DNA of 64,000 bases from contig CAZFKP010000015.1 of NCBI GenBank assembly GCA_964518725.1, positions 1,450 through 65,449 on the forward strand, read 5' to 3'. The translations under genes were made by a program, and so were the position numbers. Each line of letters begins with the position of its first letter. Position 1 is the first letter of the stretch. This stretch comes from an uncultured Rickettsiales bacterium (GTDB lineage Bacteria; Pseudomonadota; Alphaproteobacteria; Rickettsiales; SXRF01). The notes under the pieces were generated by a model. That model was not told the origin of the DNA. It made no database searches and saw nothing but the letters and a program-made list of their open reading frames with translations. Of this stretch, positions 28,395-36,830 are shown one piece after another.

Positions 28395-28913
28395 ATGGCC
28401 GAAGATGCAGACAAACCAACCGACGAGAAGCCCGAAGTCGCTGAAGGCGAAGGCTCCCCCGAGGGTGGGAAGAAGAAGTCCAAGAAAAAGCTAATTATCA
28501 TCGGCGGATTGGCTGTGGTGTTGCTTGCCGGTGGTGGAGCGGCGGCGTATTTCATGGGAATGTTCGGCGGTGGTGATGGGCACGCAGAAGAAAAGACGGT
28601 GCAGGAACAGGTGGTCTATTATTCCATGCCGGAAATGATCATCAACCTCGCCGCTCCCGGCAAGCAGGCAAGCTTCCTCAAGGCCACGGTGATCCTTGAA
28701 TTGCAGCATAAGCTTGATGCCGTTACGGTGGAGGCCAACCTGCCCCGCCTGATGGATGCGTTCAACACCTATGTGCGCGAACTTCGCCCGAGCGATCTCT
28801 CCGGCTCGGCAGGCATCACCCGGCTGCGCGAGGAGTTGTTACTGCGCGCCAACAAAGCCCTCGAACCCACCAAAATCAATGATGTGTTGTTCAAGGAAAT
28901 TGTTGTCCAGTAA
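28395..28913 (+). CDS. fliL: Flagellar basal-body-associated protein FliL
   Basis: 172 aa with a Lys-rich N-terminus, a single TM and a FliL C-domain (YYSMPEMIINL...FLKATVILEL...). Confidence 0.85.
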   Translation: MAEDADKPTDEKPEVAEGEGSPEGGKKKSKKKLIIIGGLAVVLLAGGGAAAYFMGMFGGGDGHAEEKTVQEQVVYYSMPEMIINLAAPGKQASFLKATVILELQHKLDAVTVEANLPRLMDAFNTYVRELRPSDLSGSAGITRLREELLLRANKALEPTKINDVLFKEIVVQ

Positions 28914-29754
28914 CCCTAGAGATTCTGGATTCACGCTCATTGAGCTGTCGATAGTCCTTATGATTATTGGCTTGCTGGTTGGTAGTATTGCGGGTGCACG
29001 CATCATGATCGCCAATGCTGATCTGCGCTCCGGCGTTGCCCAACTGGAATCATACAATCAGGCCGTTTATGCCTTCAAAAATAAATTTAACTGCCTGCCG
29101 GGAGATTGCATCAATAATAGGGCTATTGGCGGGCTAAATACCGGATATCATTGCGATAACGGCAATGGGGACGGACAGATCAATGACAGTTGTGGTGGCG
29201 GCTCTCTCTTGCCAGTCAGCGATGTGGAAGCATCGGCTTCGGCAGAGGCATGGCATTTCTGGTATATGCTATCGAGCATGCGCTACATTCCCGGCAGTTA
29301 TAATCCCGGCCAGGCTTACTCCATGGGGATTAACGCCGCCGCCTGGCCCATTTCATCGCCACTTACTAAATTCCCCTCGCAGCGGAATGCTGCCGCTTAT
29401 GATACGGTGCGTGTGTGGGCGTGGTTTTATGCCGGTTCTCATTACTGGGCATTTACCGGAGGAAATGTTGATGGAGCGTGCAACGGTTATGCTTTTTGCA
29501 TGCCCTTTACTCCTCTCACCGTATCGCTTGTCGATGTCAAAATGGATGATGGCATACCCGGCAGCGGCATTGTGGTAGCCACACGGCAAGGAACGGGATA
29601 CGGCGCCGATGGCAGCCCGCAATTCAACAACCCTTATACCACAGGAACTCCCGGCAATGCCGGATGCACGCTTACCACCGCCACACCGAACAGCTACAAC
29701 ATTACCTACACTGCCCAACCTTATTGCAACATGACGATCAAAACCAATTTTTAA
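28879..29754 (+). CDS. Prepilin-type N-terminal cleavage/methylation domain protein (type IV pilin / T2SS pseudopilin-like), Cys-rich
   Basis: ...NPRDSG/FTLIELSIVLMIIGLLVG is a class III signal peptide, with many Cys in the globular part. The start is uncertain (ATG 28879/28882, or TTG 28903 behind AAGGA). It lies between fliL and fliM. Confidence 0.65.
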   Translation: MMCCSRKLLSSNPRDSGFTLIELSIVLMIIGLLVGSIAGARIMIANADLRSGVAQLESYNQAVYAFKNKFNCLPGDCINNRAIGGLNTGYHCDNGNGDGQINDSCGGGSLLPVSDVEASASAEAWHFWYMLSSMRYIPGSYNPGQAYSMGINAAAWPISSPLTKFPSQRNAAAYDTVRVWAWFYAGSHYWAFTGGNVDGACNGYAFCMPFTPLTVSLVDVKMDDGIPGSGIVVATRQGTGYGADGSPQFNNPYTTGTPGNAGCTLTTATPNSYNITYTAQPYCNMTIKTNF

Positions 29755-29807
29755 GAATGGCATAACTCTTGCGAGTGGTATGCCTATAGTATAGCTATAG
29801 GTGCATT

Positions 29808-30896
29808 ATGGCCGACGAAAACCAACCCGAAATGACCGACGATGAAAAGGCCGCCGCCGAGTGGGAGGCCTCGCTTGCCAATGAAGGTGGTGATGGCGCC
29901 GCCGCTGCGGGAGGGGATGCGGAAGAACAAGCGCGCATTCTCAACCAGGACGAGATAGACTCGCTGCTGGGGTTTGATACCGTTTCTGGTGGTGGCCAAG
30001 CGAAAGATGGCATTTTTGCCATCCTCGACAAATCGATGACGGCGTATGAAAAACTGCCGATGATCGAGGTGGTGTTCGACCGCCTCGTGCGCCAGCTTTC
30101 CACCAGCTTCCGCAATTTCACTTCGGAAAACGTTGAGGTCAGCCTCGATTCCATGACCAGTGTACGTTTCGAGGATTACCTGAATTCGATCCCCCTCCCC
30201 GCGTTGCTGGTTATTTTCCGTGCCGTCGAGTGGGAGAATTACGGCATGGTGATGGTCGATTCCGCACAAATCTACACTATCGTCGATATTCTTCTCGGTG
30301 GCCGTAAATCGAGCAAGAAAAATGTCCGCGTCGAAGGTCGCCCCTACACGATTATCGAACAGGATTTGGTGAAGCGCATGGTGGATATTCTGCTCGCCGA
30401 CCTTGGCGCGGCATTCGAGCCGATCTCTCCGGCTACCTTCACCTTCGACCGGCTGGAAACCAACCCGCGATTCGCCACTATCAGCCGTCCGGCAAACCCG
30501 GCGCTTCTGGTCAAGTTCCGCGTTGATATGCTGGAAGATCGTGGTGGGTTTATCGAGCTGCTCTTGCCGCACGCCACACTCGAACCCATCCGCGACCTCC
30601 TGCTGCAAATGTTCATGGGCGAGAATTTCGGCCAGGATACGGTATGGGAAAAACATCTCGGCAAGGAGCTCCGCAATGCTGCGGTTACTGTCGAGACGGT
30701 GTTGCCGGAAAAAACCATTACCCTGAAAGATGTGATGAGCTTTAAAGTGGGGAGCACACTGCTGCTCGACTGCAACCCGGAGGATGAGGTGATGCTGCGT
30801 TGCGGCGGAGTGCCAATTACTACTGGCGTATTAGGGAAAGTTGGTGATAATATCGCCGTATCGCTTACGGAAGATATTAAACGCAAACCAAAATAA
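29808..30896 (+). CDS. fliM: Flagellar motor switch protein FliM
   Basis: 362 aa with the N-terminal CheY-P-binding-like LNQDEIDSLLGF and FliM middle and SpoA-like C-terminal domains. Confidence 0.9.
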   Translation: MADENQPEMTDDEKAAAEWEASLANEGGDGAAAAGGDAEEQARILNQDEIDSLLGFDTVSGGGQAKDGIFAILDKSMTAYEKLPMIEVVFDRLVRQLSTSFRNFTSENVEVSLDSMTSVRFEDYLNSIPLPALLVIFRAVEWENYGMVMVDSAQIYTIVDILLGGRKSSKKNVRVEGRPYTIIEQDLVKRMVDILLADLGAAFEPISPATFTFDRLETNPRFATISRPANPALLVKFRVDMLEDRGGFIELLLPHATLEPIRDLLLQMFMGENFGQDTVWEKHLGKELRNAAVTVETVLPEKTITLKDVMSFKVGSTLLLDCNPEDEVMLRCGGVPITTGVLGKVGDNIAVSLTEDIKRKPK

Positions 30897-30903
30897 CTAA
30901 CAA

Positions 30904-31515
30904 ATGACCGGTCTTATCGCCAACGTGCTTTTGAATGTGTTATTGGTCGGGCTGCTTGCGGCCACCATTATTTATTGCGTTATCCTCAACCGCCGTATCC
31001 AAACCTTGCAGGATAGCAAAAGCGAGCTTGCCACGCTGCTGATGCAATTTGACGAATCGACCATCCGTGCCTCGGAAACCATCGTCGCGATGCAAACGGC
31101 CAGCAAAAAAATCGGCGATAATATCCAGCTCAAGCTCGACAAAGCCAATTACCTGCTTGATGATTTGTCCTATGCCATCGAAAAAGGCACCCGGCTTTCC
31201 AGCCAGATTGAGGCGAGCTTCGCCGTTGGCCGTGCACGTAACAAAGCCATGACGGAAACCGCTCCCCATGTGAATGACCACACGTTGCACGTAACACCGG
31301 AAGACATGGAAGTGCCGCCGCCTGTCTCCGAAAAACACGCCTCCAAGCCATCCACGAAACGTCCGCCGGCTTCGATTGAGGCGTTGCTTGAAAAAGTGGT
31401 CAGCCGTAAGCAGCATATGCAGGAAACGGCAGCGAATGACCCCAAGGAACCCGCCGCTGGCCGCTCCCGCGCCGAGCAGGAACTGATCGACCTGATCCGC
31501 AGTAGCAAGGGGTAA
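30904..31515 (+). CDS. Single-TM coiled-coil flagellar-locus protein (DUF6468-like)
   Basis: N-terminal TM then RRIQTLQDSKSELATLLMQFDEST... The position between fliM and motE-like is as I recall for alphaproteobacterial flagellar loci. Confidence 0.45.
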   Translation: MTGLIANVLLNVLLVGLLAATIIYCVILNRRIQTLQDSKSELATLLMQFDESTIRASETIVAMQTASKKIGDNIQLKLDKANYLLDDLSYAIEKGTRLSSQIEASFAVGRARNKAMTETAPHVNDHTLHVTPEDMEVPPPVSEKHASKPSTKRPPASIEALLEKVVSRKQHMQETAANDPKEPAAGRSRAEQELIDLIRSSKG

Positions 31516-31518
31516 GCC

Positions 31519-32292
31519 ATGTCACTACGTGTGCGTATCATTCCGCTGACGGTTGTCGTGGCCTCCCTGTTTATGATGGTGAAGATGGTTGACCTGATCC
31601 AGGGTGGGCAGCAACTTTCCGAGTCGTTGCTGATTGCGCGTGTGGGTGCAGAAACGGCTCCAGCTCCCGCGCCTGACGAAAAACCGGAAACAAAGAAAGA
31701 AGACGCGCCAGCAACAAAAGACGAGAAAAAAGAAGGGGAAAAGGAAGGCGATAAAAAAGAAGGCAAGGAGGAGAAAGAAGAGCCTAAAAAAGGCGAGAAC
31801 CCCAACGTGTCCGACACCACCGGTGATATTGCCGACCGTCGTTTTACGACGGTTGAGCTGGAGCTTCTGCAAAAACTCTCTAAACGTCGCGAAGAGCTTG
31901 CCAATTGGGAAGCCAACCTGCAGATCAAAGAAACCACGCTGGACGCGACGGAAAAACGCATCGATGATAAAATTCAGCAGGTAGAAGCCATGAAAAAGGC
32001 AGTGAGTGCCGCTCTTGCCGAATATAATAAAATTGAGGATACCGAGCTTACAAGCCTTGTAAAAATTTATGAGAACATGAAGCCGGGCGATGCGGCGCGC
32101 ATTTTTGACGAGTTGGAACGCCCAATCCTGCTGTTGATCGTGGATCGCATGTCGGAGAAAAAAGCCGCTCCGATCCTCGCCGCAATGGATCCTAAACGTG
32201 CCAAGCTGGTGACGGTTGATCTTGCCGAACAGCGCCGTCTAAAAAATAACAGCATGAGCGCCGCTTCCGCCATGGCCGATAAGAAGCCGTAG
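31519..32292 (+). CDS. motE: MotE-like flagellar motility protein (MgtE-N-like domain)
   Basis: Signal/TM segment, a K/E-rich linker, then IYENMKPGDAARIFDELERPILLLIVDRMSEKKAAPILAAMDPKRA. Confidence 0.65.
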   Translation: MSLRVRIIPLTVVVASLFMMVKMVDLIQGGQQLSESLLIARVGAETAPAPAPDEKPETKKEDAPATKDEKKEGEKEGDKKEGKEEKEEPKKGENPNVSDTTGDIADRRFTTVELELLQKLSKRREELANWEANLQIKETTLDATEKRIDDKIQQVEAMKKAVSAALAEYNKIEDTELTSLVKIYENMKPGDAARIFDELERPILLLIVDRMSEKKAAPILAAMDPKRAKLVTVDLAEQRRLKNNSMSAASAMADKKP

Positions 32293-32312
32293 GCGATGAG
32301 TGTGAGGCACGC

Positions 32313-33668
32313 GTGATTCACCCAGAAATTTTCCGTGAGTACGATATCCGTGGCGTGACCACGGATAATTTTACCGGTGAGGTGGTCGCCGCAATCGCGC
32401 GCGCCTTCGCCGGAAAAGCCGGCGGTACGGTGGTCATTGCCCGCGACGGCAGGTTATCCTCACCGGCACTCGCTAAAGCATTGGCGGCCGGTTTGCGTGA
32501 CGGCGGCTGCGATGTGGTCGATATCGGCCTCGCCCCAACCCCGATGCTGTATTACGCCACCACCACGCTCAACGCCGCAGGCGGCGTCATGCTTACCGGT
32601 TCGCATAACCCGCCCGACCATAACGGCATGAAATTCATGCTGCACGGAAAAGCCTTTTATGGCGCGCAGATCCAGCAGTTACGGGAAATTGCCGAACAGG
32701 CAAACGCCGGTGCCGGCGCGAGCATGGGCAACTATTCTGAACTCACTATCCAGCGCGAATATCTTCACGCGCTACATGAAGCCTATGATGGCACCCGTGA
32801 TCTGAAAGTAGCATGGGACGCAGGTAATGGTGCTACCGGTGAGGTGATGGCAGCACTCTGCGCTACCCTGCCCGGCACGCACATCACCTTAAACGAAACA
32901 ATCGACGGCACCTTCCCAGCGCATCATCCCGACCCCACCATCCCCAAAAATCTTGTGCAATTGATAGATAGGGTCAGGAAAGAACAATGCGACCTTGGGA
33001 TTGCCTTTGATGGCGATGGCGACCGCATCGGCGTGGTGGATAATGAAGGCGAAATCCTCTGGGGCGACCAGCTATTGATGCTGTATGCCGCCGATATCCT
33101 GAAAAAACTCCCGGGTGCCACCATCATTGCCGATGTGAAAGCGTCCGGCGCCTTGTTCGACGAGGTGAAACGCCTGGGTGGCGTACCGCTAATGTGGAAA
33201 ACCGGACATTCGTTGATTAAATCCAAAATGGCGGAAACGAAAGCGCCGCTGGCCGGTGAAATGAGCGGCCATATTTTCTTCGCCGATAAATATTACGGGT
33301 TTGACGATGCGCTCTATGCCGCGGTGCGCCTGATCGGCGTGCTGTCACGCAGCGGTAAGACACTCTCCGAGTTGCGCGATGCCTTGCCCAAGCGGATCAA
33401 TACCCCGGAAATCCGCTTTGCCTGTGATGATACGCGGAAATTTGATGTCATCAGCGAAGTCAAATCCAGGCTCAAGGCGGCGGGCGCCGATTTTTCAGAT
33501 GTGGACGGCGTGCGGGTGAACACACCCGACGGCTGGTGGCTGCTGCGCGCCTCCAACACCCAGCCGATGCTGGTGGCGCGTTGCGAAGCTCAGGATTTCT
33601 CAGGTTTAGCGGCACTGAAACAAGACTTGCAGAAGGAACTCGCATTCAGTAATGTCGCCCTTCCCTAG
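32313..33668 (+). CDS. Phosphomannomutase/phosphoglucomutase
   Basis: GTG start. FREYDIRG, the active-site loop TGSHNPPDHNGMKF and the metal loop FDGDGDR are present. Confidence 0.9.
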   Translation: MIHPEIFREYDIRGVTTDNFTGEVVAAIARAFAGKAGGTVVIARDGRLSSPALAKALAAGLRDGGCDVVDIGLAPTPMLYYATTTLNAAGGVMLTGSHNPPDHNGMKFMLHGKAFYGAQIQQLREIAEQANAGAGASMGNYSELTIQREYLHALHEAYDGTRDLKVAWDAGNGATGEVMAALCATLPGTHITLNETIDGTFPAHHPDPTIPKNLVQLIDRVRKEQCDLGIAFDGDGDRIGVVDNEGEILWGDQLLMLYAADILKKLPGATIIADVKASGALFDEVKRLGGVPLMWKTGHSLIKSKMAETKAPLAGEMSGHIFFADKYYGFDDALYAAVRLIGVLSRSGKTLSELRDALPKRINTPEIRFACDDTRKFDVISEVKSRLKAAGADFSDVDGVRVNTPDGWWLLRASNTQPMLVARCEAQDFSGLAALKQDLQKELAFSNVALP

Positions 33669-33727
33669 GTCTTAAGCTGCCTCCGTTCGCGCCTGCTGGC
33701 GCTCACATGAGGCCTCGCTCAAGGCTG

Positions 33728-33754
33728 GCGCGGCCTGCTTGCCGCGCTTTATTT
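33728..33754 (+). terminator. Rho-independent terminator after the PMM/PGM gene
   Basis: GCGCGGC (33728-34) pairs with GCCGCGC (33741-47), followed by TTTATTT. Confidence 0.6.
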
Positions 33755-33851
33755 GATTTCAGGCGCAGAACCGCTTCAAGCCTGAAATCGGCAATATGAA
33801 GCGCTTAAAAGTACACTGAGCGAAGCGAAGAACTTTTAAGTGAATTAGTGT

Positions 33852-33928
33852 CGGAGTGTGGCGCAGCCCGGTAGCGCACTTGCATGGGGTGCAAGGGGTC
33901 GAAGGTTCGAATCCTTTCACTCCGACCA
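33852..33928 (+). tRNA. tRNA-Pro (anticodon GGG)
   Basis: Cloverleaf folded by hand. Acceptor CGGAGTG/CACTCCG, D-arm GCGC-AGCCCGGTA-GCGC, anticodon arm CTTGC-ATGGGGT-GCAAG, T-arm GAAGG-TTCGAAT-CCTTT, discriminator A, encoded CCA. Confidence 0.9.
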
Positions 33929-34068
33929 TTTTAATCTGAACCGCCGCAGGTTCTGAACCTGCCTCAAAACGTGCGGTTCTGAAATCCCAATGTTTGACCT
34001 CCCCCAAATTAAGAGTATTGTTTCACCTAGTGTTTTTAGGTTCGAATCCTGTGAGGAGGGGTTGTTAT

Positions 34069-34974
34069 ATGTCTGTAAATACTTACGCATTCGAATGTAA
34101 AATCAATACACTTGCTTCATGCGTCGGAAAAATGCCTCTGAATTCTAATTCTTTTGAATTTGAGGGGATAAAATTTGCTCACTGGGAATTTAACTTTGCC
34201 GAAGGATGGAAACCAGGGGGGTGGCTTGTTACAGGCAAGACTCAAGCAGGCACATTTCATGAAGCACGCATAGCGTTGTGGCATAAATTAAATGATTTGA
34301 TTCCGAAAATTGCCATGATTTCGCAGTGCTACACTGAGTATTTGCAGGAACCATTTATTATCCATCGATTAGACACCGATGTTGCTTTGTTTTACTACTC
34401 GAAAGCAACAAGTGGTGTCCCATTACATTTTGATGAAGAATCACAAGAAGCACTTGCTCTTTTGGCAAATAAAGAACTTTCCAATGAGTTTTATTATTAC
34501 TGGAACGATATGCTCAATAACACGGGTTATCCTGCAAAGATTTTGCTAATTTGCTCAGCTTTAGAAGCATTAGGAAAAGCATTGGGAAAAGACAAGGGCG
34601 CATTTAGAAAAGAAGTTCTTGGTGATGTTCTGAGTAAAAAAGTCTTTGAAAAGGACAACCAAGGCATCAGACACAGACTGACTCATGGAGAGTATTTTTC
34701 GCCAAAAGATGCGGGAGAAGATTACCTTACTCAAATCTACGAAAAGATAATTCAATATTTTAATGATGTGATATTAAAGAAGCACCTCATCAGAAACGTG
34801 GTCAATCCGCAGCGACATCCATGGGGAAATAAAAAAGCAGGCTATTACTATTTAAAAAAGAAACCTGAGGATTTGTTCTCTCTTAAAGAGATGCTTGATG
34901 CTTTTGATAAAGATTTTGATGGATCTATTGCGAAGTTTGAGATGCTCACCCGCGATGAAGCAGAAAACTCATAA
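34069..34974 (+). CDS. Hypothetical protein with a C-terminal Rx4H (HEPN-like) motif
   Basis: GAGGAGG lies 8 nt before ATG 34069. 301 aa and strongly AT-rich. The helical C-terminal half has ILLICSALEALGK...GIRHRLTHGEY (R-x4-H). No other family recognised. Confidence 0.35.
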   Translation: MSVNTYAFECKINTLASCVGKMPLNSNSFEFEGIKFAHWEFNFAEGWKPGGWLVTGKTQAGTFHEARIALWHKLNDLIPKIAMISQCYTEYLQEPFIIHRLDTDVALFYYSKATSGVPLHFDEESQEALALLANKELSNEFYYYWNDMLNNTGYPAKILLICSALEALGKALGKDKGAFRKEVLGDVLSKKVFEKDNQGIRHRLTHGEYFSPKDAGEDYLTQIYEKIIQYFNDVILKKHLIRNVVNPQRHPWGNKKAGYYYLKKKPEDLFSLKEMLDAFDKDFDGSIAKFEMLTRDEAENS

Positions 34975-35159
34975 CATCTACATGATGTATAGCACTATAC
35001 CTCTCGTAATACTAAGTATTCCATATCAGAAGTTACCCTCTCCACCATCTGCGGAATGTGCATATACTTCTTTGCAATCCACATCTGTAAAATCAATAGC
35101 CTACGCTCATGGCAGGTTCTGAACCCGTCCACGAGGGTCGACCATTAAACTAAATTACT

Positions 35160-36329
35160 TTAGTCGCCATAGGGTGGGGAGTGCCTTCCTGCCGCAGGAT
35201 TGATTGGGGATCTTGGCGCTACTGCAGCAGTGTGGTGGCCTACTATGGATGCTGGGGCAGGCGCCCATTTTGCCGCTGTCATCTGTTCTTTTGAACACAA
35301 TTTTACCGAATTCAGGAAATGGTGAATGTCATCAAAATGCACTGCGGCAGCGGTTGCGCGTCCACCACCGTCCCTGGCAATAGTAGTTTTTAGGTACTTT
35401 GCGATTTCACCGACATCCGGTACTCCATTTGAACGCAAGGAAAGCGATACGCCTGCATCACCATTGACATTCCAGATTCCAACGACATCATACCCCTCCG
35501 CCGCTTTAAGGAATGCCTGATCAATGCGCCGGTTATATTGCAGGACGTTGGCGTTGATAAGGGGAACCCACATCGGCGGCATGCCAGGAAGCAATTCCAG
35601 ACTGGCATAGGTCATCGAATTCTTGAGAGCTTTCTGTATCTGACTGAATTGTCCGGCAATCATGGAATTGCCACTCGCAACCATTTCGCTATCTTTTAAA
35701 TTAATGAGGTAATCGATTGCCTGAAACGCCATCTCCGGAGTTGAGATATCCTCCCCGTCGATCAGCGCCGCCCTTGCCCATTCATCATCGGCTTCAAGGC
35801 TGTCCGCCTCCATTTTTCCTATCCAGTTAAATAGGTCTGGAGCTAGTTTGCCAGGATTAAAATGTTCCCATGCCAGCAAAGCCGCCGCAGGTTTTTTGGA
35901 ATCCAATATCAGGTCAAGATTCGGTTTGGGAGAGGTTTGCGTCTCGCCCGTGCCAGCGTCCTGCCTATGGGTATTTGCATAGTTCTGAAGGCGCCGAATT
36001 TCGGATGAATGGTGATCCACAATGGTAATGGTAGCGATGTTTGGGCGACCATCGGTAGGGCGGAATAATAAATCCAATGTTTGATTGTCAGGTGCTGTAT
36101 CAAGAAAAATGATGCGGCCGCCTGAATTTAAATGAGCACAATTTTGTAGAATCTTATCTTGCCTAAACAAATCATAACCAACCGGCACATATCGAACTTT
36201 TTCTCCAAGCCCATCATCATTTAATGATTCATTGAATGCCCACGCGGCGGCGGCGCCATCAATATCGTCGTCGTAAAATACAAGGATGTCTGTTGGTTCG
36301 CTCATACGGCCACTTTGATTAACGTTCAT
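35160..36329 (-). CDS. DHH/DHHA1-family phosphoesterase
   Basis: Motifs FYDDDIDGAAAAWA (DxD), IIFLDTAP, IVDHHSS (DHH) and DGGGRATAAAV (a GGGH-like DHHA1 motif). The start may be M9 (36305). Confidence 0.6.
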   Translation of the reverse strand: MNVNQSGRMSEPTDILVFYDDDIDGAAAAWAFNESLNDDGLGEKVRYVPVGYDLFRQDKILQNCAHLNSGGRIIFLDTAPDNQTLDLLFRPTDGRPNIATITIVDHHSSEIRRLQNYANTHRQDAGTGETQTSPKPNLDLILDSKKPAAALLAWEHFNPGKLAPDLFNWIGKMEADSLEADDEWARAALIDGEDISTPEMAFQAIDYLINLKDSEMVASGNSMIAGQFSQIQKALKNSMTYASLELLPGMPPMWVPLINANVLQYNRRIDQAFLKAAEGYDVVGIWNVNGDAGVSLSLRSNGVPDVGEIAKYLKTTIARDGGGRATAAAVHFDDIHHFLNSVKLCSKEQMTAAKWAPAPASIVGHHTAAVAPRSPINPAAGRHSPPYGD

Positions 36330-36478
36330 TCAGGCTATCAGCAGAAATTAAATAATACGTAAAATTGTGGCTTATGTCCATCCTGTTGGAAATAATGGTG
36401 ATTCTACTATATCTAGCTGGCCATGGTCGTTAAACAGCAGAGAACAACATGATTTGGTGTGGTTTGGACGACACGCGC

Positions 36479-36745
36479 CTAGTAAACCAGCCGTTCGACC
36501 AGTATTTTCTCACACGCTTTAAAAATGATATAGAACACGGTCGCGGCCATGCCGTAAGCGATTAGCTCCAGCAGCTGCATCACGGCGCCTTCCCGCAGCG
36601 CATCTCCGCCATATTGAGAAATAAAATCGAAATTCGCATGAAACACCGTGAAAAGATTGACTGAGCAAAGCCCAAACGCCAGCGCACTCAGGCACATTAT
36701 CGTGAAGGTCACTAGCCAATGGCACTTAAGGATTTTCTTGATCAT
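36479..36745 (-). CDS. Small two-TM membrane protein, unknown function
   Basis: 88 aa with two hydrophobic spans (WLVTFTIMCLSALAFGLCSVNLFTVF; LLELIAYGMAATVFYIIF). Confidence 0.35.
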   Translation of the reverse strand: MIKKILKCHWLVTFTIMCLSALAFGLCSVNLFTVFHANFDFISQYGGDALREGAVMQLLELIAYGMAATVFYIIFKACEKILVERLVY

Positions 36746-36830
36746 GCACGCCTAGCTAGGATGGTTTTGTGCACGCTGTCAAGCCACTCGGATAGACAGC
36801 CGTCAAAATACGTGGGAAGGTTACTTATCT

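Noticed and set aside
31640-31810. A periodic purine-rich sequence (gaaaaagaagg... repeats) at first looked like a tandem repeat or array.
   Set aside because: It is in frame within the MotE-like gene and encodes a K/E/G-rich low-complexity linker. It has no repeat-spacer structure and no conserved unit length, so it is not a CRISPR or satellite.
33946-35125. The 14-nt direct repeat GCAGGTTCTGAACC could mark attL/attR of an integrative element carrying only the HEPN-like gene.
   Set aside because: No integrase or excisionase lies within the bracketed 1.2 kb. The order of this repeat relative to the CGACCATT motif (33923..33930 versus 35140..35147) is inverted between the two ends, so a simple att duplication does not fit. 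It is kept only as a repeat observation.
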